Assembly (NCBI RefSeq): GCF_026571515.1
Contig: NW_026855094.1
Coordinates: 1-64,000 of the forward strand
Length of the DNA stretch: 64,000 nt
Source: Ruditapes philippinarum
Lineage: Eukaryota
Direction of reading: 5' to 3'
Below, in pieces: positions 25,890-37,890 of the stretch. The notes beneath the pieces were generated by a model, which did no database searches, was not told where the DNA came from, and worked only from the letters and a program-made list of their open reading frames with translations. Numbering within the stretch: position 1 is the stretch's first letter; the number at the start of each line of letters is the position of its first letter. Position numbers and translations under genes: made by a program.

Positions 25890-27721
25890 GTGGGGTGGGG
25901 GGAGGGGGGGGGTGGTGGGGGGGAGGGGGGGGCGGGAGGGTGGGGGGGGGGGGTGGGGGGGGGGGGGGGGAGGGGGTGGGGGGGGGGGGTGGGGCGGGGG
26001 GGGGGGGGAGGGGTGGGGGGGGGTGGGGGGGGTGGGGGGGTGAGGTAGACTGGGACTATTTATTTGATTCCTGTGTTGTAAACACTGACACACTAAGGAC
26101 ACTGACCACATAGGACCTGACAGTAGGACAGTACTCAAACACTGACACATAGGACAGTACTCAAACACTGACACACAGGACACTGACACACAGGACACTA
26201 CTCAAACACTGACACTGACACACATGAATATACTCAGACACTGACACACAGCATACTGACAAACAGGACAATACAAAAACACTGTCACACAGTGAACTAC
26301 ACAAACGCTGACACACAGGTAGGATACTACTTAAACACAGGGTTCTTCACAATCACTGACACTGTTCAAACACTGACACGACATGTCAACAGTCACTAAC
26401 TTTTAACAGGACACACAGGAACAGTTACTACTCAAGATGACACAAGACACTGACTCAACCACTTGACATATAGGCACTGGGACACCACAACTCGAACCTT
26501 ACGTGACACAGAGCACTACTAAACAGGAAATTGCCTTAACAGAGCGTACATGGACTCCAAGCACTACTAAAACAATTACTACCAAGAGTAAGTTCTATCA
26601 TACACAATAGGAGGGGACCCTGTGATACGCGCACTATATAGTGGGTATTCGAACTTTTTCCTATTTTGTACAAATATCTCCTGTCATATAAACATGTTAA
26701 GTTCGAATTACCAACTACCTGGATTCAAGTACCAGATGTTTAATATTATTTTGGGAATTTCCAATTACCAACTACAACGAAGTTGGTTATTCGAATATTC
26801 AACTACCACCTATACCTACCAAAGTCACGATCATTCGATAACGATGTGTTGTTGTGTTTTTTTTCCTAAAAGCTCCCACTCGGACTCCCAAACTAAATTT
26901 ATTCCGTTTTCAGGCTTAAACCAGGCAGTAATACTTTAAACGTTTTTACAGTTATATCTTTGGTGCGCTACATATGTGTTTTGATATCGTTACTTCGAGT
27001 AGACAGGATAGCAGTCCGATTGGGAGCATTTTGCATGGGCGCGATGACGTAATATGCTACCGTTGTAAACTAAAGTTTTATATTTCATTGAGTTTAAAAC
27101 AGTGTGATATGTTTTATATCTTATTGATATATTTAAATATCTCATTGGAAAAAAATAGTTTAGAGAATGTTACCCAAGCGTTCTGTGTATGTGATCATTT
27201 CCTCCATGGTTGGGTTCTGGCCAGTCAACTGTAACGCTGCTCTTAGCTCGGATTTATTTATCATACCCGAATTCGTGATATCAATGTCTTCGAAAGCATC
27301 TTTGAGAGCTGAAATATAAACTCTGTGATATAATAGGTTTGTTCATTGTGTTTTAACTATTAATGTCGGTTGATAATAATAAAGATTAATTATCTTAAAT
27401 TACTCGAATTATCCGATGTGTACTCGAATCCCGTGCATGGTGTATGAATTTTTCCATGTGCTAGCTAACAGAAGATATACATGTACTTAGAAGGGGTGGG
27501 ATAACTGAGTTATCCCTCTAATCCCTGAGTTACACCTTTAGCTGAGTTATCCCAACACAAGCTGATATTTAACCACAAAGCAGTACAAACAACAACAAAT
27601 TTAAACAAAAAGGACTGTCGTTAACAATAGAAATGAATTTCTTATATAAATCTGTTAAAAAAAAAAGTTTAGTTGATCTACCTGCTTTTTGAGGTTCCGT
27701 TAACGTACGTCCACCTGGCAT
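17177..27721 (-). CDS. Divergent calmodulin-like EF-hand protein C (152 aa)
   Basis: Exons 27721-27682, 27308-27174, 18099-17842, 17202-17177 give 459 nt in frame: MPGGRTLTEPQKAALKDAFEDIDITNSGMINKSELRAALQLTGQNPTMEEM...LGNGTFTLAEF...ELTEAFEKF...MTKLGDEPLTD...ELSRLFMG*. Confidence 0.88.
19881..20878. mobile_element. ~1-kb foldback MITE with TTAA target duplication (Kolobok-type termini)
   Basis: TTAA|GGTGATTC...GAATCACC|TTAA; the arms are reverse complements over >400 bp; RR..YY ends plus TTAA fit Kolobok rather than piggyBac. Confidence 0.85.
21030..22990 (+). mobile_element. 5'-truncated, frameshifted non-LTR retrotransposon (LINE) reverse transcriptase
   Basis: Motifs KSPGKD, IIIPLHKKGD..NNYRGITLVS, QFGFR, FVDFRKAFD, QGEVISPILF, LLFADDMV, GELGRYPL across shifting frames; antisense to host gene C. 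Confidence 0.9.
23750..26600. repeat. Noisy CA-rich minisatellite (ACTCAAACACTGACACACAGGAC-like) with an inverted segment and a poly-G tract
   Basis: Clean units at 26080-26330, degenerate at 23750-24350, complementary-strand composition from ~24360; G-run at ~25846-26043. Confidence 0.7.
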
Positions 27722-28789
27722 CGCAAAATATGTACGAATATTAACCTTAAACTTTTATATTTCGATATGGCACTTTTCTTTCTAAAGTTAATAAACAATG
27801 ATATCAGTGATAACACGCATTCTATAAGTATGATTACATATCATTACAGGGTATCACACGTAATGCCCGGATTTTGTTAATGATTGCATTTCTCTTATTT
27901 GAGTATATTGACTTCTTACGTTAACGTTTGGAGTTGCCTTTAAATGTAGTTCATATTTTTTTTTTTACTTTTAATGTCTGGATAAGAAGAAAAATATATT
28001 ACTATTTCATAGATAACTGCAGGATATAAAGGTGAAAAAGCGTATTACCCTTTAAAATGCGATAACTTATTATCACATTTAACCGTCCACTTTTACGACT
28101 AACGTCATTTGCTCTACACTGTACTACTGTACATACGCGCAAACTGTAAGCGTTACAGTAAACTATAAGCGCGACGTACACTGCAACAGTGTGGGTTTTT
28201 TTTTTTTTTACAGTAAACAGTTCTATTTTGTATATATGATAAAAAGAACATTATATTTGGACTTTGGATTAAATTATTTTATTAATACCCGTGAAAACGT
28301 AAAACTATCCCGTGCAAAATTACACCCCTCCCACTGATTATCAATTCAAGGGAATATTATTTACATTTTATTCATTCTTCAAAAGCAGAAAAACTAAATT
28401 TTGTTTTAACAATAGCCACATTTGCACATGCTGAGCACAATATCGGTTAAAATTTAATCTCGTTAAACCATCATTATTGACACAAACGAAAGCCATTAAA
28501 ATGCAATTTGCGTATCAGAATGTTAATGTGAAAACGTAATTGTTGTTTTAAAAGCAAAAGTGTTTAAATTTTATCTCAGAATAACAATAAAATGCCAGAA
28601 ATTTATAAGAGAAAACGCAACTATTGACTTTAATAGAAATGTACTAAAATTACAGCAACAAAAAAGTTTAAAAAATCGTCTTTTGCGTTTAATATTTAAA
28701 TGCAAAGGTGAAATTCAACTACATCTGTATTTTAAAATGTCCGGATATTTTTTCAGTATATATCAGACGAAGGGTTTGAATGTCGCTTA

Positions 28790-29380
28790 ATGTATCGAAG
28801 CGAGCATATCTTAGCATTGGCGTATGAATATGAGAGCGGTGTCAAAAGGTTAGTGTACGTATCTGAGCAACGACGTACTTAAGACGTCAAGCTATGTATT
28901 TAAATGACAAAAAAAAACGTCAAAGTATGTTTCAGCGTGACAGCACTGCAACGTAAGTATCTGAGCAACGACGTAAAAACGTCAGTGGATATGTCAGATC
29001 TACAGCGTTAAAACGTCATCTTATGTACCACAACATCGGCGTTAAACGTTAATCTACCTTAGAAACTGCGTTATATATGCGAATGCATCAGAGAGACGAC
29101 GTTGAAATGACATCGCATATAAATCAGATCAAGGTCTTAAATTTCTCGTCGTTTCTAAGCATCATGGTTTAAATGTCAGCGTGTAAGTAAAAGTAACGGC
29201 GTCAAAAGTATAAAAGCGAAGGCATGTCTTAAAACACCATCAAAGGTTTCGAAACATCTGGGTCAAACGTCAACATAAGAAATTGAGCAATGCCGTACTT
29301 ATCAGCGTATGCATCAGAGCAAAGGCTTTAAACGTCATCCCATGTATCACTCACATCAACGATGTCAAAATGCCAAGAAT
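28790..29380 (+). repeat. Degenerate ~33-bp CpG-rich tandem repeat (AACGTCAGCGTATGTATCAGAGCAACGGCGTT-like)
   Basis: Recurrent AACGTCA...ATCAGAGCAACG units; continues at 30180-30364 and 34565-34980. Confidence 0.65.
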
Positions 29381-29386
29381 ATGTAT

Positions 29387-29737
29387 TTTTATCACACACC
29401 CGTGCGATTTTGCGACTCCGTAAATATGGTTTGTACGTTTCGTGCATATATTTTTGACGCTGGACGTCATTGGCTGTAACAAATATGTAAGACGCGCTAA
29501 ATGATAGCGTTATACATGGGCGCGCATGAAATGACTTTATTATTTACTTAAAACGGTTTTATTTTGGGTATGTGTTGGATAAATGAATATTAATTTCGTG
29601 TTAAGTTCATTACTGAATTATTTAGATATCGTTGAATAAAATAATATTATGCTCGCCAGAGGCTCGCATAATATAATTTTATTCAACTCGTGCAATAAAT
29701 TCAGTATTGAACTTACACTCATTCAATATCCTATATA
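29387..29737. mobile_element. Second copy of the TSD-less hairpin element
   Basis: TTTTATCACACACCCGTGCGATTTTGCGACTCCG...TCATTCAATATCCTATAT, closely similar to 7387-7739. Confidence 0.85.
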
Positions 29738-30364
29738 TCCTGTCACTTGTATCAATTTCGGCCCGATAACAAGGTGCCGTATATTTTTACTGATCTTCGG
29801 CACTTGATCACGTGGTATGCATGGTTTGCCGGACTATTTTTCAAGAAAAAAATATAATTATTATTATAATGTTGGACTTTATGTTTGGTGGTTAAAATTG
29901 TTTTCGCCTCAGAGTTTCCAATAGAAACGTTCTTTACAGGCCGTTCCAGTGGTATGAAAAAAAAAACTGTCGTTAAATCTTCTGTGTGTAGAAAAACGAA
30001 TTTTGGAAACGTTGATAAAACTTTGTTTGTTAATTTTATTTCACTCTATAATTTTTCAAGCGAAAAATAAATTATCACCCAATAAATTCCTCCGCCTCGC
30101 CAGATAAACTTTCTCCATCCACGGCACCAACCTATTATTCTCTATAACAGCAGCGGCGTTTCAGTGGCGAAATATTGAGAATAACGTCGTAACGCTAATG
30201 TATTATCATAACAACGGCGTTCAAACGTCAGCGTCTGTATCAAAGCAACTGTGTTATAATGGCGTAGTATTGGTCGGAATAATGGCGTTACGTTAATGTA
30301 TTATCATAACAACGGCGTTCAAACGTCAGCGTCTGTATCACAGCAACGGTGTTACAATGGCGTA

Positions 30365-33300
30365 TTATCACATAAACCGCGGCGCAGGAGTGTAATAAAG
30401 CCATTTAATAAAAACGATATTAACACTAGACGATATTACACTTAGTCTGCTCCAATCAAATTTGAACATTCCATTTTTTATTTAATATAATAGTAAAATC
30501 ATTTAAATTAATGTCATCTTAACCCTGACGTCAATATCTCTAGGCATGTGTTTTTCATTTTTTTCATAAAGTCAGTAATATGGTCAAAATGTTTAAAATT
30601 ATATTTTTTCCCGTTGACTTACGTTGTAAACCTGACGTGACGTCCATTTCAAAATGGGGGCGCCCATATAGACGTCATTTAGAGGTTCGTCTCACAATAT
30701 ACGGTGAAATGTACTCGTTAATTATAAAAATTTGATTATATTTACTTTACATTACTGATCAATAGCTAAAATGTTATCATTTAAAATGAAAAATGGGAAC
30801 AAAGTTCGGTGTCAAAAAGCAATTTTACTAGCAAACTATTATTAAAATAATTAAAATTATTTAAAAGCTAAAATATCGCTAAAACCCGCTTTATAATTCT
30901 TACAAACACAAAAAATTTAAAATTAATAACCAGATAAACTGTCGTTTTTTTAAGATAAAAAAGAACAATGAAGTGATTTGATTAGATGCTTTTCCACATA
31001 CCGCAGCAGTCGTAGGGAGCGGACTACTACTATACAGAAATAATAAACAATCTAACAGGAAAAGGCGGCGTTCAATGAACGTAACCCCCCAATGACCCAG
31101 CTAGAAACTATAAAATGGTTCTTTGCTAATTAAGTTTAATTTACACATTCTTTATTTTCTGAATTTTCGTCCACTAGTATTACACTTCATTCAAAAATAA
31201 TTAAATTGACCAGGTTCGAGTGGGTACAAAATGTTACCTTCTTATTTGGGTGGATGTCCGTGCGCTAAAACTTTTCCGTAGGTTTCAATTTATCAAATAC
31301 TACTTTACAAGCAACGACAAAAATATATAAAAGGAAAACTGATTCACTATATGTCAGAATTGGTTTGCTTGTTACCACAGTGCTACTTTAACAACTCCCT
31401 GGGGGGGGGCTAATGAGAGAAACAAAGACTCGCGTTTCGAGGAAATGTATAAAATTATAAGAAATAATATAATATCATGCTTTTTAGTTTGAGCAATCAA
31501 ACGTAGGCCTATATTACACTTTAAGTTTGTAAATACAAATTTAAAACTTCCGTCTCACAATTCAACAAAATGTAGTGATTTCCTGATTTTGTCTTATTAA
31601 GAATAAGTTTGAATCAATTGAATTTGGATGTTAAATAAGCGACAATAAGTGGTTTTTTATAAGACTCAAGTGTTACATTAATTATTATTTTAATATAAGG
31701 GGAGATCAGTCAAAAAAGAAAACACCGAGTGACTTCTCATAATTTTAGCCTTCCTAAAATTTAAAAAAAATTCAGTGAAAAACAATAGATCTAGCATATT
31801 TTTCGCAGGGAGAAAAATACGGATATTGTATTTTTTGAGCTAAAATAGTAGGATTTACAGAATCAGAAAAACTAAGATTTATAGATTAGGGAATTATTTC
31901 TGAAAATATGTAAAATAGTTTAAAAACATAAAATCAAAACGAATGTACATGTAAATTAATGGAAAGAAGGTATTGTACTGTTGTAGATTCAATGTCATTT
32001 AAGTGTGATTAAAATTACTAGATGATTAAATGTTATCAAAAATTTTATTTCATATAATGAATTGAAAGTGTATTTTTCGTTAAGTTGCAAAATCTGGTAA
32101 CAAAAAATTTTTTAAAATTCCTCAAGACAATTATCTCAACGTAAAAATTATTGTTTTAAGGTTACTAATGCCTAGGGGCCCCTGTAATGCCCTGCAACTG
32201 GAATCGCGAGGCATTTTTGTTTACGTCATATATTTTCGTAAATTGTTGTTGACGTAATAAAGTTTTCGTCTGGAATCCATTTTTCAAGAGTTAAAGCATT
32301 GTGATGTTGACAACTAAAATTGATGGGCCGTCTTGAATTATGGATTTGGAACATAATGAATTTGATGTGTTTCATTTACATATTTCATTTGCTAACCCAG
32401 AATAACTCCACAAATTGAACAATGTTTTAATGAGACGGACATTATAGTTTAAAAAATCTGGATCATCATTTGACATAAATGTACTTGTAGGAGTCATGTC
32501 ATTTAGGAGTTTCGAAGTAAAAAAATCGGGTCTAACGAACTGGATAGATACTGGCAATGAAGGAATCTTCAGAAGGACATTTATAAATTATCTATTCCGA
32601 AATTCATAGGAATTCTATTCAGCTTAAAAGTAAGTGCAATTTCTTAAACAGTCCCTATGCGAAAGTCAATTTTTTTTTTCAGGCACAAGGACCGAGCCTT
32701 AGGTTTATTTCCGGCCCGGATGATATTTTTCCGGCCCAGGACATTTTCCAAGCATTATTTTATATTAACATAGTTGAATGCGAAAAATGATTGATCTTTC
32801 TTTAAATTAGGTGAGACCATCAATATAGAAAATAAAGAAGATGCTGACCAAATTGAAATAAATTTAAGCAGGGTGCTCACTAAGGATTTTCAAAGGAGGG
32901 AGGCCTTGGACTCCCAAGCACAGAAAAGTTAGGGAGCACAGAGCATTTGAATATGTTAAGCATCTTTACTGCACTTATGCAGTTGACAAATTGTGTATTT
33001 AGTGGAGTAAGTAGGGTTTTAAAGAGTTGGGTTTTGAACAAGAAAAACGCTTATTCAGGGGAAAATGGTGTATGTCCCCAAATGGAATACACTGTAACCA
33101 TAAAAGTGATTGAAAAAGATTTTGAAATAAATTTCAAAAACCCTACATCATTAGACCTTATGCTGTTTTCTTCCAGATTCATCCACACCCCCCCTCCCAT
33201 AAGAAAATATTATTCAGTGCTATTGTGACAAACACATACTGGTTAAATGCCTCCATCTCAACTAATGTGAACAATATTTAGTAATTTTAATTCTTAAACT

Positions 33301-34564
33301 ACATTTAACCGTGTTATTACACAATTTTTTAAACAAAAAAAGTTTCTTTGGATACGATTTTTTTAATTATTAAAAAGCGGCATCGCGAAAATATGTGACA
33401 TTGAAAATTTGTCGGTTTCCTGCAGAAACATTCACATTCTACTTGTTGTTGATTTTGATTATATTAGATTAATATTTTTTGATTATTTTAAGATGTTTAC
33501 TAATCGGCTATTTCAACAAGCATCATAAAACAAAATTTCAAATCTGTAAGTTTACGGCAAATTTACCAGTTGTTGACATGAACTTTTTGAAGACAGAGTT
33601 GACTGGTATTTATTTGACATGTACAAAATAGATCTGAGGTGGTCAATATCTTCTTTTTAAATAAATTCTTTGAAACAACACCGGGAACTTGTTTTCATCA
33701 GGTCATTGATATTTTTAACTTTTTTGGAATTTTATTCGGACATGGGACTGACGGAAAGAAATTTTTCCGGACCGCACGAGTTTTTTATTCAGCCAGGACC
33801 GAGGACGACGACTTTCCACAGACTGTTTCTAGATATTTTATCCATTTGACTCGGTGTTCTTGGTTGCTTATTTTTCTTTCTTTTTTTTTTAAGTTTTTTC
33901 ATCATGGCATTGCAACAAAACTGCCCTACATCTCTGTAGATTCCAGCTTTGTAAAATAATCATGCAAACGACCCCGAGAACCTCTGTATATTTTTAGAAA
34001 CATGAACACGTGCTTTCTTTCCCGTTCATCCCTTCAAATGAAGGAGTACTTCGGCAATGGTACGGAAAATAAACAACAGAAAGATTTTCCATAGAGAATC
34101 AAAAATTCGCCTTTCACAAGAAAAGTAAGACATTTTTTAAGAGTAAAAATCCTGAAAAATCTCGAAAAGGGTGACTTTTTTTTTGGTTTTCAAAAAAAAT
34201 TAAATTTTTTAATTAATTTTTTATATAAACCAGGCAAAAGTTCTTTCCCCTTTTTTTGGGAAAAGACTATGTTAAAACCTTTTAGCAAAGGGCATTTTTC
34301 CCCCTATAACATTTGCGTTAAAGCGGCCCCTTTTTGCGTTCCCCTATAGGGCGTCAAAGAAATGACTTTTTGTTAAAAGTTTAAAGTTCTTTTTTTATAT
34401 ATGTGATTAAAAAAGAAATTATATTCGGGGTAGATTAAAACTAAATTTATTTAACTCGTTGAATTAAAAAAATATTTAAAGCTCGCCCGAGGCTCGCATA
34501 GATTTTTTTCCAAAATCGTTCAATAAATTTTAGTATTTAAAACCAACACCTTTAATTCCCCTAT
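30365..34564. mobile_element. ~4.2-kb insertion with termini of the same hairpin-element type
   Basis: Splits a satellite unit (GGCGTA|TATTGGTCGG); starts TTATCACA and ends with the CTCGCCCGAGGCTCG hairpin ...CCCCTAT. Confidence 0.6.
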
Positions 34565-36744
34565 GAGGTCGGGAAAAACGTTGAACCCTTAAAGTATTAT
34601 CTAACAAACCCGGCGTTCAAACGCAGCGTCTTGTATACCATGGTTGGCATATGGCGTAGTATTGGGGTTCGGGAAATAATGGCGGGTTCGTTTAATGGAT
34701 TTTCATAACAACGGCCGTTCAAACGTCCAGGTCATATCATTAAAGGCAACGGTTTTGCAATGGCGTAAGTATTGGTGGAATAATGGTGTTACTTAGATGT
34801 TTATAATAACAACGGCGTTTTCAAACGTCCACTGTCTGTATCAGACATTTGGTGAACAAAATTAAATGAGGTTTTAATCAAGCCCAACGGCGATAGCGCG
34901 TTAAACGTTAACGATTTTTCAGAAACAAGCATTAAAACGGTTCTATTATCACACTACAGTAGGTTCAATACGCCAACATAATTTTATGCCATAATTTTCA
35001 AGGTTTTGCTATTAATAGTTATAAAGGGTCCAGAATATTAAGGGCCTATGAAAATTTGTTTAAAAATACTTGATGGCTACAAAGCAAAGTTAAATTACAC
35101 CGTTCTAATGATTCACGTCAATTCATCTTTAATTTTTTAATTCTGGTGGACCCCTTATTTGTTAGTGTTAACATTAAGAGGTCAAATTTAATTATCAGAC
35201 TCGTTTGATATGACCCACCACTGGTTCAGGAGATCAAATCTTTTCAATAAATGGTTCTAGGGGCCCAGTAATTTTTAGCCGCGTCGCGTTTTTTTTTGCT
35301 CTGGTTTCTATTTGCTGCTACTAGTAACCCCAAATGTTGTGTGTTGTTCTGGTTACCCTGTAATCTGTTTTTCTGCGATTTATTTTCAGTTTTCCTATTT
35401 AACTGAAAGAGAATGAAAAAGGGCAAACCCAATCATTAAGCTACATTGCGCTATCAATGCGCAAGCTTAAAACAGATTTAAAGATTTTTTTCCAGCATTT
35501 TCCTATCCCCAATTGCGGGCTAAATCTAACCTCAAAAATATGTACCTTTTTTTTGAAACCCACCGGGCGACATATTGGAACCCTACAGTTTGGGCAAAAC
35601 ATTAAAAAATTTTATGACCATGAAAAAAATACCCCTTTCTTTTTAAAAGTTAAAAAATTTAAATTTTTTAAGGGGAAACCCATGCCTTGACCCGGCAAAA
35701 AAGGGGTCATCTTTTAGTCCCTGAAACCACTGTTTTTAAATCTTTAAAGGAAAAGTAGGTTAAAAAGTTTCTCTGAGACAGAAGACCTTGTGGTAAAAGC
35801 CCAACCTGATGACATTTTACCTTTAAAAATTAACGGGGTCACCTATAGTCATGACCCCCTCCCGAACCCAAAAACTTAAAACTGTAGCAAAAGCATTTTG
35901 GGAATTTCCCTTTCCTTTGGGAAAATTGGTAGAAATAGAGATGAACTTTACCTTTTAAAACCCCCAAAAAGGGTTTCTCTACCCGGGCATAGTTTTTTTT
36001 TTTTGGGGGGATAAAAGTGCCCTAATGCTTCTTAACCAAAACACACCCAAGACTCAAAGCATGTTGAAATTAAAACCACTACAACGCTTAATATCTTAAT
36101 AGACTTGTTTATCTTTCATTTGGAAATTTTTCAATATATATACTGACTGAATTCTGGAAAGTGCAGATTATGATCAGGCAGCACATATGTCTGCACTGAT
36201 TGTACGAGTGAAATATAAGATCTCTCGTTTGCAATGGTTAATTAGACATTTCTAAGTAAAACAAGGACTGGGTAAATACCACACAATCTGCACCCCCCCC
36301 TTCACTCCTAGAATCTACTTAGTTGGATAAACCAGTAAACAAAACTAAATATCACTGTATATAAACGCTTTTATTGCATAATACAGGTTTTGTAAGCAAA
36401 TTTCTAAAAGATTATAAAGTTCTATCACAGATCTGTCTTGTTATTTTCAAAAAAAGAAAAGAAAATATGATTCAAAATAAATACAAAAATATTTATGTAC
36501 AAAATAATGTAGTATCAAAATAACGCAAAATGATAAGAAATGTAAAGTAATATAAGATTCTACAAGTTCATTAGGCCGCTGACTGTACCTCAGAAATACA
36601 ACCTAATTTACAATAGGTCTTCTATAATTTTTGAACCTCTAATTGCTACATGATACACTTGGTGATATGCTAATCACATTAAATTTGGAACTGTAAAACA
36701 TTTTCAAGGCTATGAAATAGACTTGATCCATTTTAAGTTGCTTT

Positions 36745-36962
36745 CAATTGGAACTAGAAATCATTCTAAGGCTATTTCTACGGACTCAGTGTAAAATCAT
36801 TCCACGGCTATTTCTACGGACGTGTGTAAAATCGTTCCATGGCTATGAAACTGACCAATGTAAAATCATTCCCTGGTACATGAAACAGAGCAAAGTAAAA
36901 TAGTTTCAGGACTATGTAACAAACCAATGTAAAATCATTTGATGGCTATGTAACAGACAAAT
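36745..36962 (+). repeat. Degenerate ~36-40-bp tandem repeat (TGTAAAATCATTCCATGGCTATGAAAC)
   Basis: About 6 imperfect units. Confidence 0.7.
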
Positions 36963-37407
36963 GAAAGGATTATATTTCTTTCAAATTTAACCAAATAATC
37001 AATTTTCCCAAAGATAAGTTCGAATGAAAGTTTTTAAAAAATTAACAATTTTTTTTAGAAAACTATCAAAATTTTTTGTAAAACGTTACTATTTAAAACT
37101 GTGAATTGTCTGTGAGATTTATCCCGCATTTTTTTTTTGTTTATTTCGAATTTTTTAAAAACTAAATAAAAACAACCAAACATTTTTAAACCTTTTTCAG
37201 AGAAAGATTAAATGCTGTCCTGGCTTTTAATTGCTAAAGGTAACCCCAATTTTTTAAAAAAATTGGGGGCAAAAAAACCCCAAATTAAAATCAGTTTTAT
37301 TTTGAAAACCCAAATTTCCCCTTTTTAAAAATACCCTGTGTATCCCAAAATTTTTTAATTTAAAAACTAGTATTCCCAAAAAATTTTTTGTTTATCACAT
37401 CCAAAAA

Positions 37408-37890
37408 AAAGAATGTCCCGGTAAGGGCAACAATGCTTACATTCTTAGTGCTTGATAGTAAAAGAGCCTTCATAATGTAAAATTTTCTAAGTTAACAAAA
37501 GGTGGTATGCAAACTTAATGTAAATTCTAAGTTGAAAAACTGGGCATTATTTTGCCAAATGCTTCATAGAGTTACCTCCTCCTGTCTTCAGGTTGGGGTC
37601 ATGATGGGGAACAAGTGTGTAAAGTTTCAAAGCCATATGTCAATCGACTTTGTGTTACAAAAACTTAAACGTAAATTCTAAGTCTAAAAAGGGGCATAAT
37701 TTTGTCAAAATGGTTGATACAGTTACCTCCTCCTGTCTACAGGTTGGGGTCATGATGGTGAACAAGTGTGCGAAGTTTCAAAGCCATAATTATGTCAATA
37801 CACTTTGAAAATATTTAAGGTATTACAAAAACTTAAGATGCTCGGGTGACTACAATAACTCTACTTATTCTTATCAAATAGTCGAGCTAA
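37408..37890 (+). mobile_element. Helentron-associated (HINE-like) non-autonomous element with 151-bp internal repeat
   Basis: TTACCTCCTCCTGTC at 37572 and 37723; terminal ...ATAGTCGAGCTAA; related relics in opposite orientation at 61455-61910. Confidence 0.6.

Larger units (their letters stand above)
18625..27055. mobile_element. Composite non-autonomous element with inverted ends and internal ~190-bp palindrome-bearing repeats, split by nested insertions
   Basis: 18627-18672 is an inverted match to 27012-27057, and 18709-18750 to 26780-26823; units TTCGAATTACCAACTACCTTCTGGTAGGTAGTTG at ~18931, 19123, 19310, 19492, with a partial unit at 26702. Confidence 0.65.

Noticed and set aside
25527-26198. 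Poly-Pro and poly-Gly ORFs (formin-, extensin- or shell-protein-like) and G-quadruplex potential
   Set aside because: They derive from a ragged poly-G tract inside noisy sequence with no codon periodity or splice context; probably a sequencing or gap-filling artefact
34100-36060. Unusual homopolymer-rich composition (also 8700-10110 and 37000-37420)
   Set aside because: Comparison with cleaner paralogous repeat copies shows inflated homopolymers, indicating base-calling error rather than biology
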